Origin: Wallemia ichthyophaga EXF-994
Lineage: Eukaryota > Fungi > Basidiomycota
NCBI RefSeq assembly: GCF_000400465.1
Contig: NW_008806284.1
Span: 20,001-144,000, forward strand
DNA length: 124,000 nucleotides
Direction of reading: 5' to 3'
Both the position numbers and the translations under genes were made by a program. Below the pieces are notes generated by a model. It was not told the DNA's origin and searched no databases. It saw only the letters and a list, made by a program, of their open reading frames with translations. Positions 117,319-124,000 of this stretch are shown here, piece after piece (positions within the stretch are counted from its first letter, which is position 1; the number at the start of each line of letters is the position of its first letter).

Positions 117319-120300
117319 ATGAGTGAATACAGTTTAGGCGTCCGCGTGTGAGGTGTACAGCAGCAGCACAGTTCTTTCTAACGGCGAGCAGGTGGATCGC
117401 AGACAAAGCAGAGGGATGGATTGGTGCTGAAGTCACTGCCCGCACTGAGGACGCGCTTACCTTTGTGGATGAAAGGGGCAACGTAAGATTCATATGTTGT
117501 ATCTCTCTAGCCGCCCCTAACTACCGGTCCCCAGGAAATCACAAAGAAAACGTCAGACAAGGACCTTCCTTTGTTACGAAACCCCGTTTTACTTGAAGGT
117601 ACAGACGATCTTGTCAATTTGTCATATCTGAATGAGGTGAGCTGTCTTTACTGGATGTTTTCAATCTCGCTCACCCCTCTGACAGCCAGCTGTCCTCTAT
117701 TCTATTAAGCGTCGCTACGCTCAACACTCCATTTATACCTACTCTGGAATCGTCCTTATAGCCGTGAATCCTTTCGCAAAGTTATCCGTTTATGGCCCTG
117801 CTATTATGCAGGCTTACTCTACGCGCAGGCGCGGTGAGCTGGAACCTCATATTTACGCTATAGCCCAAGATGCTCATGCATCCATGACAAGAGACAATAA
117901 AAATCAAACTATGGTTGTCTCTGGTGAATCTGGCGCTGGTAAAACCGTATCCGCTAGGCATATAATGCAATACCTCGCCTTCTTAGGCCAAGACGGTCCA
118001 GGCGGTGCTTCAAGTGGCACTGATGCTAGTATTCTCGCTACCAATCCTGTCATGGAAGCTTTCGGTAACGCCAAAACCATCCGTAATAACAACTCAAGTA
118101 GATTCGGTAGATACCTCAAAATCCTTTTCGATAATCAATGTAACATTATCGGAGCTCAAACTAGCATATACCTTCTCGAGAGGTCTCGATTAATATTTCA
118201 GCCTGAAGGTGAAAGAAATTATCACATCTTCCATCAGCTCTGCGCAGGTGTGCCACCTAAAGAGAGAGCTGAGCTACGTTTGGGTGCAAGCAGTGATTTC
118301 CATTACCTTAATCAAGGCGGTTCTGCTTTAATCCCAGGCGTGGATGACGCCGCTGAATTTGAAATAACACAAAAAGCCCTGTCTACTCTTGGTATTGGCG
118401 TTGAGAAGCAGTGGAATATCTTCAAACTTCTCGCTGCTCTCCTTCACCTCGGCAACGTCAAGATTGGCCAGACAAGAACAGATGCAACTCTTAGCGAAGA
118501 AGATGAAGCATTCCAAATCGCAACTGAATTCTTGGGTATTAGTCTTTCTGACTTTAAGAAGTGGACTGTTAAAAAACAGATTATTACACGTGGAGAGTCT
118601 ATTGTTAGTTCACTCAATGCCGCTCAAGCGAGCGTTGTCAGAGATTCTGTTGCTAAATATATCTACGCCTGTCTCTTTGATTGGCTGGTTGCTGTCCTCA
118701 ATGAAGCTTTGTACAAGAAAGAAGACTCTTCTAGGTTTAACAGCTTCATCGGTGTCTTGGATATTTATGGTTTCGAGCATTTCAAGCGCAACTCTTTCGA
118801 ACAGTTTTGCATCAATTATGCTAATGAGAAGTTGCAACAAGAGGTGGGTATTAGTAATTTTGCATGATGTTTTGCTAATTTGGCATTAGTTCAACGCGCA
118901 TGTCTTCAAACTTGAGCAAGATGAGTATATCAAGGAGGAGATACATTGGGAATTCATATCATTTTCTGATAATAGACCAACCATCGACATGATTGAAGGA
119001 AAACTTGGGATTCTTTCACTCTTAGATGAGGAGTCTAGGATGCCATCTGGAACCGATCAAAACTTCCTCGAGAAACTCCACACACAACTCACCAAACCAG
119101 AATACAAAGACATTTACAAGAAGCCAAGATTTGGTAATACTGCATTCACTGTTGCGCACTATGCCCACGATGTTGCCTACGAAGCTGAAGGTTTCCTTGA
119201 GAAAAACCGGGACACTGTACCAGACGAGCACCTTCAACTTCTTGGTAGTTCATCAAATGAGTTCCTTCGCGAGGTCATCGAGATTGCTGTTGCATCAAAC
119301 GCAGCGGCTACTCCACCTACATCTACCGCGGCTAACAACGTAGCAGTTGGCCGCCGACAAAACCTCAAGAAGCCAACACTTGGATCTATCTTCAAGAGCT
119401 CTTTGATCTCGCTGATGGAAACTATCAACGACACCAATGCACATTACATCCGCTGTATAAAGCCAAACGAGCACAAAAAAGCCTGGGATATAGATTCACA
119501 GCAAGTCTTGTCTCAACTTCGTGCGTGTGGTGTTCTCGAGACAATCAAGATATCGAGTGCAGGTTATCCGACAAGATGGTCGTATGCAGAGTTTACTGAT
119601 CGTTACTACCCACTTGTTAGCTCAGATCACTGGATGGGTGATATGAAAGGTCTATGCCTTCAAATTCTGCAAGATAACATTAAGGATGAAGACAAATACC
119701 AAATTGGTCTTTCTAAGATATTCTTCAGAGCTGGAATGTTGGCCTATCTGGAGAAGTTACGTGCTGATCGTCTCAATGCTCTTGTCACTCTGATACAGAA
119801 GAATATCCTGAGATTTTTACATGTCAAATATTACAAAAAGATTCGTAACGCCACGCTTACTATCCAAACCTGGTGGAGAAGAGCTCTGGCTATTAGATAC
119901 GTCGAGAAGCTTCGTCGTGATACCATCATCTTTAGATTACAAAGCGCTGGTCGTAGGAAGTTGGCTGTGGGCAAGTTCCAAGCAGCTCGCAAGATAGTTA
120001 TTCTTAGTCAAGCTCGTAAGTGATTAACCATGCGAACAAAAGACTTTCTGACCATTTAACTAGACATTCGTGGTATGCAAGCAAGAGTTGGATTTGTAGA
120101 CTTCAAGTACAGATCATCTGCACTCACATTGCAGCGCGTTGCACGTGGAGTGTGAGTGGAGCTTATTTGTTTTCTTTTTACATTCCCAGCTAATTATATA
120201 ACAGTATCGTACGTCGTGAACATGATAAGTCGCTTCGGGGTATAATTCACTTGCAAGCTTGCTACAGACGTATACTTGCTCGTAAAGAGTTCAAGCAGCT

Positions 120301-122365
120301 CAAGAGCGAAGCACGCTCTGTTGCACACATCCAAGAAGTCTCCTACAAACTTGAAAACAAGGTCGTCGAACTCACTCAAAATCTTCAAAAGACTCGTGAG
120401 GAGAAAAAGGATCTCACACGCCGTTGCAATCAACTTGAGAAGCAACTTGGAAATATGCAAAATCGTCACGAGGACAGCGATCAGCGTTTGAAGGAGATGA
120501 TGAATGAGTTGGCTAAGCCTACTGTGGGATTATCTGACTTCAATGAACTTGAATTATTTAAGCGTGATCTTCAAACTCAAGTTTCGACACTCAAAATCGA
120601 TGTCCAGGAACGTGATAAACAAATTAGACAACATAAGGACGAGTTGACCCATCAAGCACAAGAGATCGACAGTAAGAGTGCACAAGCAGCAGAATCTGCT
120701 GCTCGTGCAGCTGACGAAACAATCGTAAATCAACTTAAGACTGAGATTGTTAGTCTTAAGGACCAGCTTCATCGTGCAAACACTCTTAATGCACTAGAGC
120801 ATGGAAGTGCGAAATCGAAACAGATCACCGCACCAACGTTCTCAATGCATCTCGGCAAATCTAATGAGAACGTTGCTGCACTTGTGAATGGTGCCAACAG
120901 TCCTACAGTCGAGGGTAATCCTTCTGATGCACTCGAAGCTCTTGGTTTACCTCCAAACAAACGTCGTCAACGTAGACACTCAGCTAATGGCGCTTTCTTG
121001 GAGCAGAACGGAGAAGGACGGGATTCATCAGATGAAGCACTTTCTGCTGGTAAACGCAATGAGGCCACCCCACGTGCTGTGTCGGTTGCATACCCGTCAG
121101 CTGAGACTGCTAACAAGCTGAAGGGTTTGAACGGACGTGCATATTTCCCAGAAGTGCTTGACGATCCATCTGAAGAGATGATCAAGTTGTTGGAGGATGA
121201 GCAGAGTATTGATGAAGACATATTGGTCACAATGATTCATGAACTCAAAGTACCCCTCCCAAGCTTGCAGAACCCACCTTCTGCCAAGGAAGTACTTTTC
121301 CCAGCCCACATAATGTCACTTGTCACCAACGAAATGTGGAAGTACTGTCTTATCATGGAGAGCGAGAGACTATTGGCAAACGTTATGCAAACAATCCAGC
121401 AGCATGTCATGAGCTTCCAAGGGGAGGATGCGATCGTACCAGGATTATTCTGGTTGTCTAACGTACACGAGGTATGGTCATTCGTGTGCGTGACTGAGGA
121501 TGATATGCTCCAGGGCATTGTTCCAGGTGGCGATGACCCAGACCGTCCGCTTGACTGGCCAGCTTATGAGCAACTCATCACTGTCGTCAAGCACGATCTC
121601 GAGAGTTTGGAGTACAACATTTACTTTGCATTTATGGAAGAAACCAAGAAAAAGTTGCGCAAGATGATTGTACCTGCGCTCATTGAATCACAATCACTAC
121701 CAGGCTTTATCACCTCCGACACTGGTGGTAGACTGTTCAACAGACTGCTGCAAGGCAACTCACACCCAGCCTTCAGCATGGATGACATACTAAACTTGCT
121801 CAACAAGGTATGGAAGTGTCTTAAATCATACCGCCTTGACGAGCCGGTCGTCCTGCAAGTAATGACTGAATTATTACGACTTATTGGAAACGTTGGCTTT
121901 AATGACCTGTTGATGAGACGCAATTTCAATTCATGGAAGCGTGCAATGCAAATTCAATACAACTTGACGAGGCTGGAGGAATGGTGCAAGAGTCACGATC
122001 TTCCAGAAGGCTGCTTGCACCTGGAGTACATGATGCAAGCCACCAAGCTTCTTCAACTGAAGAAAGCAACTACCCAAGACATGGAGATCATTTTCGACGT
122101 CTGTTGGATTCTGTCACCATCTCAGCTCCACAAGCTTATCACTGGCTACATGATCGCTGATTACGAAAGCCCACTGTCGCCGCACGTCCTGCAGACCGTC
122201 AGCGCTAGACTGTCCAGTGACAGAAATGATCATCTTTTACTTGCAGAAGAGGAAGGTTCGAACTTTGAGCTACCGCAGCCACGTCAAGTCATAGGATTAG
122301 ATCTTTACATTCCTGGAACGGTGAGCGTTCCTCACCTGCGCCGTATCGCCGGCTTGGCTGCTTAG
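117319..122365 (+). CDS. MYO2: Class V myosin
   Basis: VSGESGAGKT, EAFGNAKT.RN.NSSRFG, LDIYGFE, LRACGVLET, IQ motifs, coiled coil, DIL cargo domain (FWLSN, EEWC). Confidence 0.96.
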
Positions 122366-122674
122366 AGATGTGGACAGTTTTTCACTTTGATTTCAATCTC
122401 ACTCCGTAACGATATGTGCATGTGCAAGAGGATTTGTGTTTAAAATACTATGAATTCAAATAATTTTCTGATTTATTTCGTTTTTGTGAGGAGTGTCGGT
122501 GTGCGAATGTTGAGGCTGAAGAAGATTTTCAAGTCGCAGCACTTCGGATCATATCAAGTAGATTTCCTTATTAGTGATTGAAACTTTAGTTGAGGAAGTG
122601 CACCCCACCCTCTAAAATATTTATGTCTTAATAAAGTCATCATAATAACATCAAAATTACAAAATACAATATCT

Positions 122675-124000
122675 TTATTCACCCTTAACGAGTTGAGGCA
122701 GCTTACCCAAATCCTCATGATCAGCTCCAGTTTCATTGGCATACTTCTCCATATTCCTACCCTCATGCAGCCAATTCGTGCCGTAGAGGTGAGCGACAGT
122801 GGATGCGTGTGACTGTGGCGAGTAGTGCGCGACTTCTTTAATAGCCCTATCCGCAACTTGGAATCTGGATACCTTGTTCCAGTGAAGCATCAACCAAGGT
122901 GTAGTTGTGGTGCCGTTCTCCTTGTAAGAATCAATTGAGAATCGTCCCCTGTTAAGTGAGTGTTCTCTCTGGAACAGAAGAGAGGAAACTTGTAAAGCAT
123001 AACCGTGGTAACTGATCAACACTGGCTTTTCTTTGGTAAAGAGACTGTTGAATGAGTTTTCATCTAATGCGTGTGGATGATCTTGCTTGTTTCCAGCCAA
123101 AATCATAAGGTCGTAAATGTTCACCACCCTTACTCTCACTCCAGAGTTTCTCAAAAGCACACTCGCAGCTAACACTTCGAATGTAACCTCTGTACCGATA
123201 CCGACGAGTACGACTTCTGGATCAACACCTTGGTCTGTTGAGTACTCCTTCCAAACACTAGCACCGGCAATACAATGCTTTTCGGCTTGGTCTGCGGACA
123301 TCAATACAGGTCCGGGTTGCTTGCTGCCGACAATCTGCACGACTCGTTAGTTAGTTGATCGCAACAATCTTCCGTACGCACCAAGTTGAGGTAATTTTTT
123401 GACCTCAAGCAGTGAGCGATGCATGAAAGCGTAGTATTGACGTCTATTGGGAAGTAGATTCTCGAAAGGTGCGCAGGGAAAGTCTGGAAGGTGGATATTA
123501 ATCCAGGCGCTTGGTGTGAGTAACCGTTGTGTTCTTGTCTCCATAAGGTACTCGTCGCAATGTAGTTAAGCGAGCTGACATCACCTCTGAACTGTACCTC
123601 TTTGCACGACTTGATAAATTTGGAATACTGAGTCATCATCGTGGCTGCAATGCCTAGGAAGGCTTCATACGAAGGGAATAAACCTGTGCGGCCTGTGAGA
123701 GTGTATCCTTGCAAGAAGCCTTGAAGTGTGTGTTCTGAGAGCATCTCAATTACTCTGCCTCCCTTGTGTGCACTTTCAGGGTCCCATTGGAAGTCACGGC
123801 TAGTGACGTCGAAAACTTTGTGCAGCTTGTTCGACTCCAGCTCATCAGGACTGAACATTCTAAATGTTTCTGGATTTTGCTTCATGACATCGGCAAGGAA
123901 CTCGCCTGTAGCAATCATTGGCGAGTATGTTTCACCTTGACTCTTAGTGTGATTCTTCCATTGAGGAACATTGAGCGATTGATGTGCGTCGTAAGTTTCT
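122675..124000 (-). CDS. xfp: Xylulose-5-P/fructose-6-P phosphoketolase, 3' part (gene continues beyond the window)
   Basis: FRMFSPDELESNKL, EMLSEH..QG..QGYTLTGR, SYEAF, WRQEHNGYSHQ, GTTTTP. Confidence 0.93.

Overview
This is eukaryotic (fungal) nuclear DNA from an extremely compact, intron-rich basidiomycete genome. Introns are mostly about 45-60 nt with GTRRGT donors, CTRAC-like branch sites and YAG acceptors, and intergenic gaps are often under 100 bp. The style suggests a Wallemia-like genome, which is an inference. I can support about 75 protein genes, almost all conserved housekeeping genes: ribosomal proteins, an H3/H4 pair, actin, CDC48, clathrin heavy chain, myosin V, SEC1/SEC17/VPS28, CDK8, ADE1, arginase, mitochondrial EF-Tu, and ribosome-biogenesis and splicing factors. 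There is also one intron-containing tRNA-Pro(CGG). Most ORF-track entries are single exons or antisense shadows, and exon boundaries were stitched by eye, so the ends of multi-exon genes are approximate. The main hidden system is at 47.5-48.3 kb on the minus strand. What looks like a non-coding gap is a spliced 3' extension of the TUM1 (rhodanese) gene carrying four intronic box C/D snoRNAs: an apparent double guide for U6 snRNA, an 18S Am166-type guide, and two duplicated 25S Um2921 (A-loop) guides. One intron pair may be nested. Other highlights are an ~8 kb island of orphan and decaying genes containing a divergent tandem family, a stand-alone GTPBP1/2 N-terminal-domain gene, divergent start codons only 17-18 bp apart, recurrent intron-split start codons (AT|G), a candidate KASH protein, a bacterial-type Fe-S serine dehydratase and unannotated micro-exon genes. 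I found no transposon, LTR or CRISPR array.
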